Shown here: positions 12,860 through 25,859 of the stretch, piece by piece
Numbering within the stretch: position 1 is the stretch's first letter
Layout of the letters: each line of letters starts with the position of its first letter
DNA from: the human T2T-CHM13v2.0 reference genome, Homo sapiens
Length of the DNA: 64,000 nt
Direction: 5' to 3' (one strand)
Assembly: GCF_009914755.1 (NCBI RefSeq)
Contig: NC_060947.1
Program-made: the position numbers and the translations under genes
The notes under the pieces: generated by a model
Seen by the model: the letters and a program-made list of their open reading frames with translations, nothing else
Databases searched by the model: none
Told to the model about the DNA's origin: nothing

Positions 12860-14096
12860 CACTTTTATATATTGCCATTGCTATCCAAGTTTTAATTTGG
12901 TTAATATTGATCTGATGTACTTTTTTCAGGTCTTTATTTTAACCCTTTATATATGGGTTTATTTTAGGAGTTTCTCTTATAAATTAAGGTGGCAGATTTG
13001 GTTTTCATTTTTACTCTAATCTGATAGTTTATGTCTTTTACTGGGTGAATTTAACTAATTTATATTTATTTTATTTTTTTTAGAACTCATCAACTTTTAA
13101 AAACATATTTACATATACATTTTCTAAACAATACAATGTTAACCAGTTTTATTTATCTTCCTTCCAAAGGCAAAGATTTTAGCATGCTCTAACTATCCAT
13201 TGAACAACTCGATCATTTTATTGTTGCTTTGAAATTTAGTTTTACTTTGGTTGATACAAAACAATTACTTTTTTCCGTCATTAAACTTACTGGCATATTT
13301 TACCAATTTATTTGTTCATTGTGATTTCACACATCTTAAGCATTCCCTCTGTGTTCACTTCTCTTCTTGATAATGTATATATTGTAATATTTCTTTCAAC
13401 AAGGGTCTGGATCATAAGTATAGCCTTTGTAAATCTGAAAATATTTTAATTTTTCCTTCACTCTTGAATAAGAATGTATGCACATAAATTTCTAGCTTGA
13501 ATACGTTACTCCATTGTCTCCTCGCAACTATTGTTAATGAGAAGTCTGCTCTCTAATTGTTTTGTTGTATCGTCTTTTTTATTTGGTAGCTTTTAAGATA
13601 TTTTCTCTTTATTCTTGCTGCTCTTCATTTCCACTGCAATATGTCTAAAGGTGGGTATAATTTTATTTCTCTTGCTCAGTCTCAAAGTGTGCTTTGTTTT
13701 GAAGACTCATGTCTTTTGTCAATTATGGAAAATGTTCAATATTTTCTTAAATATTGCCTCTTCAACTTCCCACTCTCTTTTTTCTCATGTAATTCACATT
13801 ATGCCTGTTTATTCCTCAACCTTATTGTGACTGTTCTGTTATATTTGATATCAGTATCTGTGTAATATTCAGGTTAAATTCTTCAACACTGTTTTCTGAT
13901 TCACAAATTCTCTATTCAAATGTATCCAGATTTCAATTCATTTTATCTATTGAGTCTTTAGCACAATTAATTATGTTTCATTCTGTTTTGTTTTTCTTCC
14001 TTTCATATCTACCCACCCTTGTTCTTTCAAGTCTGCTTTGTTTTATAATTTTTTGTTATTTTTATGAAAATGTAGTTTTTCAACTTAGGCATACTT
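12860..14096 (-). mobile_element. Very old L1M fragment interrupted by HERV-H; probably resumes at about 19963-20420
   Basis: T-rich antisense L1 features (actctaatctgatagtttatgtcttttactgggtgaattta; gagaagtctgct; ttccactgcaatatgtct). Confidence 0.55.
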
Positions 14097-14101
14097 GTGA
14101 T

Positions 14102-14513
14102 TTTCATGCGCATCTGTGTGAAGAGACTACTAAACAGGCTTTGTGTGAGCAATAAAGCTTTTAATCACCTGGGTGCAGGTGGGCTGAGTCCAAAAAGAGA
14201 GTCAGCGAAGGGAGATAAGGGTGGGGCCGTTTTATAGGATTTGGGTAGGTAAAGGAAAATTATAGTCAAAGGGGGGTTGTTCTCTGGCGGGCAGAGTGGG
14301 GGGTCACAAGGTGCTCAGTAGGGGAGCTTTTGAGCCAGGATGAGCCAGGAGAAGGAATTTCACAAGACAATGTCGTCAGTTAAGGCAGGAACAGGCCATT
14401 TTCACTTCTTTTGTGGTGGAATGTCATCAGTTAAGGCAGGAACCAGCCATCTGGATGTGTACGTGCAGGTCACAGGGGATATGATGGCTTAGCTTGGGCT
14501 CAGAGGCCTGACA
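14102..14513 (-). mobile_element. HERV-H 3' LTR (LTR7)
   Basis: Reverse complement of TGTCAGGCCTCTGAGCCCAAGC...CATGAAA; polypurine tract aagaagacaggaa immediately adjacent (14514-14526). Confidence 0.97.
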
Positions 14514-14949
14514 TTCCTGTCTTCTTATATTAATAAGAAAAATAAAACAAAATAGTGGTAAAGTGTTGGGACAGTGAAAATTTTTGGGGGTGGTATGGAG
14601 AGATAATGGGCGATGTTTTTCAGGGCTGCTTTGAACGGGATTAGGGGCGGCATGAGAACTTAGAGTGGGAGTGGGAGAGATTAAGCTGAAGGAAGATTTT
14701 GTGGTAAGGGGTGATATTGTGGGACTGTTAGAAGAAACATTTGTCATTTAGAATTATTGGTGATGGCCTGGATACGGTTTTGTATGAATTGAAAAACTAA
14801 ACGGAGTAAGAGAAGGAGAAAAACAGGTATTAAAGGTCTAAGAATTGGGAGGACCTAGGACATCTAATTAGAGAGTGCCTAAGGAGATTCAGCATAGTCC
14901 TGTCAGCAAAGATTATTTATTTACTTCAAGAGTTAAGAGTGGCAGTTTG

Positions 14950-17900
14950 GGGATAACATCAGGAGATATCAGCTGTGATGTCTTGGAGAAACAGTGTAAA
15001 CCGGCAGTGTAAACAAGAGCAGGGCATGTATGAGTAGTTGAGAACGGTGAATAGGAGTATGACTAGACAGAAGATAGTAGGGATGACAAGTTTTTTGGGG
15101 GCACAGTCTAAGTTGGTCTGGTGTCTGGCATGAGACTGGGGCTTAATAAAAAGGAGCAACCATACAGGAGCTCAAATGGGCTGTACCTTGTAGCATTCTG
15201 AGGACAGGTCTGACTTCTGAGAAGGCAAAGTGGTAAAAGTATTGTCCAGTCCTTTTTAAGTTGGTGGCTGAGCTTGGTGAGGTGTGTTTTTGAAAGACTT
15301 TTAGTCCATTCTACTTTTCCTGAAGACGGAGGACCATAAGGGATATAAAGGTTTCACTGAATACTAATAGCCTGAAAAATTGCTTGGCTGATTTGACTAA
15401 TAAAGGCTGGTCTGTTATCAGACTATATAGAGGTGGGAAGGCTAAACTGAGGAATTATGTCTGACAGAAGGGAAGAAATGACTGCGGTGGCCTTCTCAGA
15501 CCTTGTAGGAAAGGCCTGTACTTATCTAGTGAAAGTGTCTACTTAGACTAAGAGGTATTTTAGTTATCTGACTCGGGGCATGTTGAGTAAAGCTAATTTG
15601 CCAGTCCTGGGTGGGGGCAAATCCTCGAGCTTAATGTGTAGGGAAGGAAGGGGGCCTGAATAATCCCTGAGGGGTAAGTAGTAGAATAGCAGACGGAACA
15701 CTGAGAAGTTATTTCCTTGATGATAGATTTCCACAATGGAAAGAAAATGAGGAGAGATTCTAAGAGGCAGGCTAGTGGCTTGTACTATAGCATAGCCTGC
15801 CTTTGCTGGTGTGGCGATTAGGCCTGGTGGAACTGCCATCAATAAATCAAGCGTGATCGGGGGAGGAACAGGAAAGAAGGAAATATGGGGAAATGGGGTG
15901 AATGTCAGGTGGATCAGAGAGATACAGTCATGGGGGTCAGGTGTGGTATCTAGAAGAATGTGGGAGGCCAGATTGAAGTCTGCGCCAGGAGCAATGGTAA
16001 TTGTGGGACTTAACAAAGAGTGAGTACAGCTGAAGGAGCCAGGGAGCAGACAGTATATGCGTCAGGTGTGAGGAAGAAAATAGATTTTGGAAGTTATGAG
16101 AAATGTAGAGAGTGAGTTGAGCATAGTTTGTGATTTTTAGGGCCTCTAACAGTATTAAAGCAGCGGCAGCCGCTGCATGCAGACATGAGGGCTAGGCTAA
16201 AACAGTAAGGTCAAGTTGTTTGGACAGAAAGGCTACAGGGTGCGGTCCTGGCTCTTGTGTAAGAATTCTGACCGCACTAACCATGCCTAGGAAGGAAAAG
16301 AGTTGTTGTTTTGTAAGGGATTGAGGTTTGGGAGATTAATCGGACATGATCAGCAGGGAGAGCACGTGTGTTTTTACGAGAATTATGCTGAGATAGGCAA
16401 CAGATGAGGAAGAAATTTGGGCTTGACTGAAGTAATGGGGGCTATCTGCGAAGTCTTGCGGCAGTACAGCCCAGGTAATTTGCTGAGCCTGATGGGTGTC
16501 AGGGTCAGTCTAAGCGAAAGCGAAGAGAGGCTGGGATGACGGGTGCAATAAAGAAAGCATGTTTGAGATCTAGAACAGAATAATGGGTTGTAGAGGGAGG
16601 TATTGAGGAGAGTATATAGGTTCGGCACCACGGGGTGGATAGGCAAAACAATTTGGCTGATAAGGCGCAGATTCTGAACTAGCCTGTAAGCCTTGTCTGG
16701 TTTTAGGACAGGTAAAATGGGGGAATGGTAAGGAGCGTTTATAGGCTTTAAAAGGCCATGCTGTAGCAGACGAGTGATAACAGGCTTTAATCCTTTCAAA
16801 GCGTGCTGTGGGATGGGATATTGGCATTGAGCGGGGTAAGAGTGATTTGGTTTTAATGGGATGGTAAGGGGTGCATGATCGGTCGCTAAGGAGGGAGTAG
16901 AGATGTCTTATACTTGCAGGTTAAGGTGGGGAGCTACAAGGGGAGGATGTGAAGGAGGCTTTGAACTGGGGGAAAAGGCAGCAATGAGGTGTGGCTGTAG
17001 CCTAGGAATAGTCAGGGAAGCAAATAATTTAGTTAAAGTGTCTCGGCCTAATAAGGGAGCTGGGCAGGTGGGGATAACTAAAAAGGAGTGCTTAAAAGAG
17101 TATTGTCTAAGTTGGCACCAGAGTTGGGGAGTTTTAAGAGGTTTAGAAGCCTGGCCGTCAAAACGCACAACAGTTATGGAAGCAAGGGAAACAGGCCCTT
17201 GAAAATAAGGTAATGTGGAGTGAGTAGCCTCCGTATTAAGAAGCGGACGGACTTACCTTCTACTGTGAGAGTTACCTAGAGCGTCTGTGATGGTCCTGCA
17301 GGCTTCTGAGGCGATCCGGCAGTGTCAGTCTTCAGCTGCTAAGCCGAGAAGATCTGGGAAAGAGTCAGAGAGCCTTGGGCTAGAGTTCCAGGAGCTCTGG
17401 AAGTGGCTGCCAGGTGAGTTGAACAGTCCAGTTTTCAGTGGGGTCCTGCACAGATGGGACACGGCTTAGGAGGAATCCTGGGCTGTGGGCATTCCTTGGC
17501 CTAGTGGCCAGATTTCTGGCACTTGTAGCAAGCTCCTGGGGGAGGAGGTTCTGGAGGAACCCCTGGCAGCTACGGTTCAGGCGTTTGGAGTTCTTGTGTG
17601 CTGGAGATGTGTCTGGGGTTTGTCTCACAGTGGAGGCAAGGAATTGCAACTCAGAAATATGTTGCTACTTGGCTGCCTCTATTATTGTACACCTTGAAGG
17701 TGAGGTTAATTAAGTCTTGTTGTGGGGTTTGAGGGCCGGAATTTAATTTTTGGAGTTTTATTTAATGTCAGGAACGGATTGGGTAATAAAATGTATATTG
17801 AGAATAAGACGGCCTTTTGACCTTTTAGGGTCTAGGGCTGTAAAGCGTCTCAGGGTTGCTGCCGAACGAGCCATGAACTGGGCTGGGTTTTTCATATTTG

Positions 17901-18575
17901 GTGAAAGAGCCTAAATGCCCACTGATTTGGGAGACGTCTGATAAAGAAAAAGGAGCATTAACCTTGACTATGCCTTTAGCTTCAGCCACCTTTTTAAGAG
18001 GAAATTGCTGGGCAGGTGGGGGAGGGCTATGCACGGAATGAAACTGTAAACCAGACCGGGTGTGAGGAGGGGAGGTGATAAAAAGATTGTAGGGTGGAGG
18101 AGCGGAGGCTGAGGAAGAATTGGGACCTAGCTCGGCCTGGCGAGGAGCAGCCTGGGGAGGAGGGGAGAGGTCAGATGGGTCTGTAGAAAAGGAAGATTAG
18201 AAAGACTCAGCGACGCTTGGGGTTGGGACTGAGGGGACAGGCGGGAGGCAAAGAAGGAAGATTTGGGACGAGTTGCACTAAGCACAGAGACTAGGGAGGG
18301 ACCAATGTGTAAAAGAATGCCTGGACGTCAGGCACCTCTGACCATTTGCCTATTTTTTGACAAAAATTATTTAGGTCCTGTAGGATGGAGAAATCGAAAG
18401 TGCCATTTTCTGGCCATTTAGAACTACTGTCGAGTTTGTATTGGGGTCAAGTGGCATTGTAGAAGAAAATAAGGCATTTAGGTTTTAGGTCAGGTGAGAA
18501 TTGAAGAGGTTTTATGTTCTTAAGAACACAGGCTAAGGGAGAAGAAGGAGGAATGGAGGGTGGAAGGTTGCCTAT
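14950..18575 (-). pseudogene. Defective HERV-H gag-pro-pol remnants (provirus 1)
   Basis: Frameshifted fragments 15564-16016, 16383-16799, 16908-17168, 17380-17649. The position matching the gag ATG of provirus 2 reads ATA (18575-18573). Confidence 0.85.
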
Positions 18576-18659
18576 AGTGAAGGAGGCAAGTTTAAAGAAA
18601 AGGGAGAGTAGAGACACGGAGGGAAGCAGTTTGGGGGTTCTTTCTAGAAAAGCAGGAAA

Positions 18660-19110
18660 GGGGTCGGGGCACAGAGATAAGAGGTCGGGGCATGGAAATA
18701 AGGGATCAGGGCTCAGAGGTATAAGAGGTTGGGGCGCGGAAATAAGGGATCAGGGCACAGAGATATAAGAGGTCGGAGCGTGGATATAACGGATTGGGGC
18801 GCCGAGATACAAGGTTGGGGCACTTGTACTTCCAGAAAAGTGGGACTTGCCGCTAAGGGTAAAGGAGAAGGGGTTGGGGGTGTCTTGCCCCCCAGAAAGG
18901 TGGAGAAGGGGTAGAGACACAGAGAGAAGGGGTTCGGGTACTTGCCTCTCCTCTAGAAAAGCGGGACTTGCCGCTAAGAGTGAAGGAGAAGGGGTTGGGG
19001 GTTTCTTGCCCCCCAGAAAGGCGGAGAAGCGGGTAGAGACACGGAGAGAAGGGGTTGGGCTACTTGCCCCTCCTCCAGAAAAGCGGGACTTGCCGCTAAG
19101 GGTGAAAGAC
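18660..19110. repeat. Tandem repeats in the HERV-H leader: about 8 x 21-23 bp plus about 2.3 x 122 bp
   Basis: ggggcacagagataagaggtc/ggggc.cggaaataagggatc units at 18660-18820; agaaaagcgggacttgccgctaagggtgaagga units starting about 18832, 18954 and 19076. Confidence 0.85.
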
Positions 19111-19526
19111 CAAGGCAGGCGTCCTTGCATGGTCTCACACTTCTGAAACCTGGGTGAATAATCAGAGAGGTGTCCCTGAAATGATTAAACACCAAGAGAA
19201 GGCTGCCTTCCCTAGTCCGTGACTGGCGCCGGAGTTTTGGGTCCACGGATGAAACGTGTCTCCTTTGTCTCTACCAGAAAATGAAAGGAGTTGAAATTAA
19301 GAGAAGGGAGAGATTGAAGAGTGGCGCCAAGATTGAAAGGAGAAAGAGGTTGAGGGATAGTGAGGGAGGTTGGAGAAGAGAGTAAAAAGAGGCCACTTAC
19401 TGTATTTGAAATTGGTGAGATGTTTCTTGGGCTGGTCGGTCTGAGGACCTGAGGTCATAGGTGGATCTTTCTCACGGAGCAAAGAGCAGGAGGACAGGGG
19501 ATTGATCTCCTAAGGGAAGTCCCCTG

Positions 19527-19544
19527 ATCCGAGTCACGGCACCA
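19527..19544 (-). promoter_or_regulatory. Primer binding site, tRNA-His
   Basis: Minus strand TGGTGCCGTGACTCGGAT is an 18/18 complement of the tRNA-His(GUG) 3' end. Confidence 0.95.
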
Positions 19545-19546
19545 AA

Positions 19547-19957
19547 TTTCATGCGCGTCAGTGTGAGGAGACTACTAAACAGGCTTTGTGTGAGCAATAA
19601 AGCTTTTAATCACCTGGGTGTAGGCGGGCTGAGTCCGAAAAGAGAGTCAGCGAAGGGAGATAAGGGTGGGGCCGTTTTATAGGATTTGGGTAGATAAAGG
19701 AAAATTACAGTCAAAGGGGGGTTGTTCTCTGGCTGGCAGAGTGGGGGTCACAAGGTGCTCAGTAGGGGAGCTTTTGAGCCAGGATGAGCCAGAAGAAGGA
19801 ATTTCACAAGACAGTGTCATCAGTTAAGGCAGGAACAGGCCATTTTCACTTCTTTTGTGGTGGAATGTCATCAGTTAAGGCAGGAACCGGCCATCTGGAT
19901 ATGTACGTGCAGGTCACAGAGGATATGATGGCTTAGCTTGGGCTCAGAGGCCTGACA
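19547..19957 (-). mobile_element. HERV-H 5' LTR (LTR7; promoter, transcribes leftward)
   Basis: 411 bp; TATAAAA at 19681-19675; ACAAAAGAAG at 19858-19849; about 15 substitutions plus 1 indel versus the 3' LTR by eye. Confidence 0.97.
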
Positions 19958-20326
19958 ATGATCAAGTCTTTTCTAAACTTTAAAAAATTATTTTAATTTC
20001 ATCCTGAGTGAATTCATGTTTGAGTGGTGATTTTGTCAGCCGTCTTTCTTAACACATAATTTCTTTACTTTCTTTGGAATTTTGGTTTATAAGACCATTT
20101 TGAGTCTTTGAGACAGAGCTCTCTCCCTCTCCTCCTGTTGCTGCTTTCCAGCAGGTTTTTAGTACTTCTGCCTCTGGACTGATAATACAGAACCAAGAGT
20201 TTTTTTGAAAGTTCCAGGTCTCAACCCCGTGATGATATCAGGGATGTCTCAGATCCAGTCACTAAGCCTGCAGACATCTTGGCTCCATTCTGGTGTGAAA
20301 GCTGCTTATGTCTTCTCTTCTGTTAG

Positions 20327-20740
<414 letters not shown>

Positions 20741-20989
20741 ATGCCTGGATAATGTTTAAAGACGGAGAAGCAGACAGTCTATCCAGCTGGGGAACTTTAG
20801 GAGTCAGGCTTTTAAAGCCCAAGAGGGAATTTTACTTGAAAATGAATCTGATTTTATATGGGGTTATTTGCCCACAAGTAACAAAGATTTTAATTATAAC
20901 TGCTTTTCTTTGGGAGATATATCAAGGATTCAATAAATGAACCTACCTTAAAGAATGTCAGAACATGAGAAAATATTCCAAAGACCAAA

Positions 20990-21195
20990 AGAAAGACCAG
21001 AGCAGAGGAAGGTGGGGAGAGAAAGAGAGAAACTAGGAGAAGGAAAGAGAAGCGGACGGGAGAACTAGGTACGGAGAAAGGAAGGGAAGAGAGACAGAAG
21101 CAGAGATACAGAGACAGGTGGGGGGCAGAAAGAGCCAAAGGGAGAAATATAGACAGTGAGAGACAGCCAAAGGCAGGGATAAAAAGGAAACGCTT
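20990..21195. repeat. Purine-rich (GA) low-complexity tract
   Basis: Continuous A/G-rich sequence. Confidence 0.7.
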
Positions 21196-21860
21196 GCAAA
21201 AAATCATGTCACTACATTGAAGGGATTCCATTTTCTGGCTTTTATAGAAGAAAATATGGCCACAGCCCTGTGAGTAGATGGACCCTACTTGCTGAGTCTG
21301 TTGAGAGGATAACCCAGAAGGGAGGAAGTGGTAAAAATGACTAATCTGGTAAAAATGACTAATCTTTCTGTCACTTGAATGACCCCTTCCAAGCCTGAGA
21401 CAGAAGGCTGCTCTACACTAGCTGTTGCCCAGCACAGACAAGGAGCCTTCCCCACTGCCTCTGGCCGCTTCTAACAGCCAGGCTGATTCGATAGTCTCTT
21501 CAATAACCCATTCATCCACAGCCTTATATTCATTTTCATCCTGAGTAACACTAATTGCCCTTCTGCCAAGAGCATGTGGAAGGCATTGATTGATGACACT
21601 GCAGTATTTTCCACTTCAGCAGCAGCAGCCATGTGTGTCTTGGCTGATGCAGACTTTCCTCAGGTGAGCATCTTCCAGGATCAGTGACTGCAGGAAAAGT
21701 GAGCCCTCATCAGCAAACTAATAGTTGGGTTAATAGAATGAACTACAAAAGATTAACCCCATCCTAATGACTGATCCTTCCCTTTGAAACATCACAGTGA
21801 ACTATCATAATGAGGCCAAATATTTGCTCCCCTGTAAGAGTGCCTCCATTTATCCAAAGC

Positions 21861-22300
21861 TGTCTTTGCTTGGGTTTCCCCAAATGCAGAATCTGAGAGA
21901 AGGATACAAGTACAGGTAGTTTATTTGGGAGGTGCAGATAACACTGGTAGGAGAGTGGGGAAATGTCACAAAACAGAGAAGGCAGCCAATAAAGGATGCA
22001 TTATCAAGCCAGCTTCCACTGTGGGAAACTGGAGCTTAATCCTACAGGGCAACTCTGAGAAGTGGTGTGAAACCTATGCCTTGAGGGTTTTTAACCCAAG
22101 GAGAGAGGGAGCTGGGGTATTTATATACCAACTTCTGGCAGGAATTAACCTCTCTTGGGAGGAATTGTTTCATGGAAGTTCCAGCCTGCCTTACATATAA
22201 GCAGAGTGGCCTTCCATTTAAACATTAAAAGTAGACATTTGCAGTTGAAAGTTGGCTGGCGTAGACTTAAGTGTTAAGGCCTGAGTTATATGTGGCACTT
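21861..22300 (-). mobile_element. Old ERVL-class LTR (family uncertain)
   Basis: tgtctt...tgggtttcccc...gcaga..ctgaga.aaggat...gtagtttatttgggaggtg resembles the reverse-complement 3' end of ancient ERVL LTRs (AATAAA on the minus strand). Confidence 0.6.
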
Positions 22301-22615
22301 ATGCAAACCTTGCCCAAAAGCCTTAGCGGAAACACTGAAACTTGCTTCATTTACTGAGCTCCTCTGAAAACGGCTTTCCATCTCTAAAGGTTCACAGCAT
22401 GAGCTCATTTACAAGTAGTTTAGCAACCTACATTCGTGGCACACCTGAATTAGTCCCAGCACTTAGGTTCAACGTCAACTCTTGATATGCAACTAACCAG
22501 GCAAAGTCATTTAACCTGAGTCTCAACTTTTTTCATCTGTCAGGAAGAGATATTAAGTTTTGACCTCCCTCACAGGCATGAAATGAGGCTCAAAATCAAA
22601 ATATGATAATATGCA

Positions 22616-22842
22616 TGAGGTGTCAACAAACTTTTCTAAAGGTCCAGATAGTAAACATCTTAGCCTTTGCAGGCCATGTGATCTCAGTGGCTACTCACCT
22701 CTGCTATTTCAGCAGGAAAACAGTCTAGACAATAGGTAAACAAATGCGTGTGGCTGTATTCCAATAAAACTTGATTTACAAAATAAGGCAGCAGGCTAAA
22801 TTTGACCTACCAATCCATGAGCTGTGTTTTGCCAACCTCTTA
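22616..22842 (+). mobile_element. MER58A-like hAT MITE
   Basis: ggtgtcaacaaacttttctaaaggtccagatagtaaa...ggctgtattccaataaaactt...tttgccaacctct with terminal inverted repeats. Confidence 0.8.
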
Positions 22843-23186
22843 TGTACACGAAAGACTTTTGTAAACTTTAGTGCTATGCACATTCTCTGTATCATTTATC
22901 CCTCACTCAATAAATCATTGGAATTCACTATCCCTGTCATCCTGGGGGTGGAATTCTTAGTTTCTTCCTTCATACAGCACGTATTTACTGAGCACCTCTT
23001 CTGTGGAAGGCATTATGCTGGCCCTGGGGCTTCAGTGCTAATAAGACAGACACAGTCCATGCCCAACACCTAGAATGGCAATCCTAAACCTGTTCTCCCA
23101 CCAGTCTGCACAAAATAGTTATTCCTTTGGATGAACAAGTGACAACTGCAACTGAAACCCTATCGGTGCCTGGGAGAGTTGGAGGC

Positions 23187-23400
23187 ATAGGCAGCATTAC
23201 TAAAACAGCTTAACCTCAGGGCCCCACACTTGTATTGAATCCTTCCAAGGCCCTGGAAGGGGCCCTAGCAGTGATTCATATGGTCATATATTTTTGTCAA
23301 ATTCACAAATACAAGCTATTTTAAAGCATAATTGAGTAAGGTCACTGTCTTTTTCTACTCTGACTTATCCTCCATCACACTTCCCCTGTGTTAGATGGTT
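23187..23400 (+). mobile_element. MER96B-like DNA transposon fragment
   Basis: tcagggccccacacttg...ttccaaggccctggaaggggccctagca...atggtcatat; inverted homologue of 12070-12288. Confidence 0.6.
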
Positions 23401-23433
23401 TCCTTGATTCTTCCCTTTGAAACAGCATTGTAA

Positions 23434-23769
<336 letters not shown>

Positions 23770-24404
23770 CAGCCATTCCAAACTCTTTTTAATAAAAAAC
23801 ATTATCACTGTGTGGACTTTGGAGTTACGGTCTATTGGGACTTCTTTCAGACAGGCCCCCTTTTGAGGGACAAGAATTAACAATAGTTAAGTCATTATTC
23901 GCCATGGCTCTTTGGTACCTTTGTGGCCAAAGCACTGTTGGAGAGGGCTGGTGTTAACAGTCATGATAATTTCTGGGATAAGAACTAGTGGGAGAATGTA
24001 AAATGACAAGAGGGGCTGTCAAATTATTTAAGGAAGCAAACTTCTAAGTTTAGGGAAAAGGCTCAGGAAAAGCCAAGTAAAATTTATCAGCACTAAGATT
24101 TAGAAATTTACAAAGTCACCTTTAGCCTTTTACAGGCTTATATTCATTCCTGAGCTAACCTGAGCCCCATAATTTCACAGCATTTACCCACCTAAGGACC
24201 AGCCCAGTATTCATGAAAAACCCATGAAAGCAAGTGTTCATCTGTGTATGGATATGTATACATATGTATTTGAGTGTATATGTACACATGTAACTACATA
24301 AGTATGTTTGACATCTATGTAAAACTCTCTTAAAACAAATATTCAGATACTAGGAAAAGGTGACATCATTGTACTTCCAAATATAGACCAATTATATGAA
24401 CAAT

Positions 24405-24636
24405 AGCTATGATTCATTGAAAGCTTACCGTGTGCCAAACATCATGCAAGCACTTTACACAAAATCCTACAAAGCAGGTGCAGTTGGTACAGTTATTATT
24501 GTCTCTGTTATTTGGATACAGAAATTGAAGCACTAAGAGGTTAGGAACTTTCCCAAGAACAGTAACTTATAACTGATGCAGCTAGGATTTAAACTCAGGT
24601 ATTTTTGACTCCAGAACCTGATTTTTAACTACCACA
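24405..24636 (-). mobile_element. MIR SINE
   Basis: gaaattgaagcac...gaggttaggaactttcccaag...ggatttaaactcagg...gactccagaacc. Confidence 0.75.
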
Positions 24637-25235
24637 TAGTAGTGTGGTTAAAAAAACTGTAAATGTCCTGTCAAAAGGACAATGTCTTCACAAAACAACC
24701 TAGAGCCTTGGGAATGAATTTGTTCACCAAGAGTCATTGTAGGAAACTGGCATTTGTATGTCTGGGCTGGGGCCAGGATTCAGGCACAGAGAGCATTTTC
24801 TCCTGGTGTAAATGTTATGGAAAGGACTCCAGGACTCAGTCTCTCACTCTTTCTCTTAATACTTTTCCGTTACATCAGTCACCCCAGCGATGATTCCACC
24901 TGTCTTTCTCCAGATTCCATGAGCCCCATTTTCTGACAAAGATGTTTATTGTCTCTGACCCACTAAATATTGACACCATACACCTATTCCCTGGGCATCT
25001 TTATCTAAGTAAGGCACATATTCAATACAAGGTTTCCAAATGAGACATACAAGTTTTGTTTCTTTCTGCTTCTAGTAGCCAAGAGGCCAGGCTAAAAATG
25101 ATTGAGGTACAAGAAGTCTCTCAAGTGGCACGTAATTGAGTTTTGGTACTGACCTATATGCAGATGGTCCTCAAGGTGTGATTTTTCTTGGTATTCACAT
25201 TGTCTTCGAAATTCCACTCAATTTCTTTATGCTTC

Positions 25236-25820
25236 TGTTAATGTCCTTCAGCTAAAGACCATCAGGAGCACACCTATAGCCAGTCAAAGTTGGCTTTATT
25301 GACTTATTACAATGAGAGTGAATGAACACCATGGGGAGCCATAGGGCATCTCAATAGAGGGTGTTAGGACTTATCATAGTATTTGGACTTGTAGTGGGTG
25401 ATTTGGAGGAAGGTTCAGGAAGCAGGACTTTATTCCAGATTACAAGCTGTTAGGAAATGGTAATTCTATTATTGAGTATCATAATAAATCTTATCTAAAG
25501 GAAGGAAGACTAGTATGAGGCTAACACTGTCATTGATAAGGCAGCATCCGTTACTTATATTAGCCAAGATAGAAAGCCATTTGATCATTTTTGTGGTTTG
25601 AACGATGTTCATGTTTTTGTTTGTGTTCAGACATGACTGCAAGGTGGTCTTATTTTCTCTTGATCCATCGCGGTCAGAGTGGGCTTATCTGAATCTGGTG
25701 CTCTGTGAGATTGCTTACGCTTAACAAGAAAACACCATGGTTTAGCTGTAAGTGCCAAGCTAGCTCTTAGCAACACCAAGGATTAGCTAATAGGACCAGG
25801 CCAACTCTTGAGTGTTAGAG
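25236..25820 (-). mobile_element. Old solo LTR (family uncertain)
   Basis: Begins tgtt; aaagaccatcagg...aaagttggctttattg...caccatgggga resembles a reverse-complement LTR 3' end. Confidence 0.5.
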
Positions 25821-25859
25821 ATGCTTTAAATCTGCTGTTTTCTTTTATATTTTCTAGTT

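Larger units (their letters stand above)
14102..19957 (-). mobile_element. HERV-H provirus 1, about 5.86 kb, env-deleted common form
   Basis: Paired LTRs, tRNA-His PBS, PPT, gag/pro/pol remnants (e.g. KGLKPVITRLLQHGLLKPINAPYHSPILPVLKPD); TSD gtgat (14097-14101)/atgat (19958-19962). Confidence 0.97.

Noticed and set aside
19527-19544. tRNA-like sequence (also 57364-57381)
   Set aside because: Only the 18-nt 3' end including CCA, adjacent to an LTR: these are primer binding sites, not tRNA genes.
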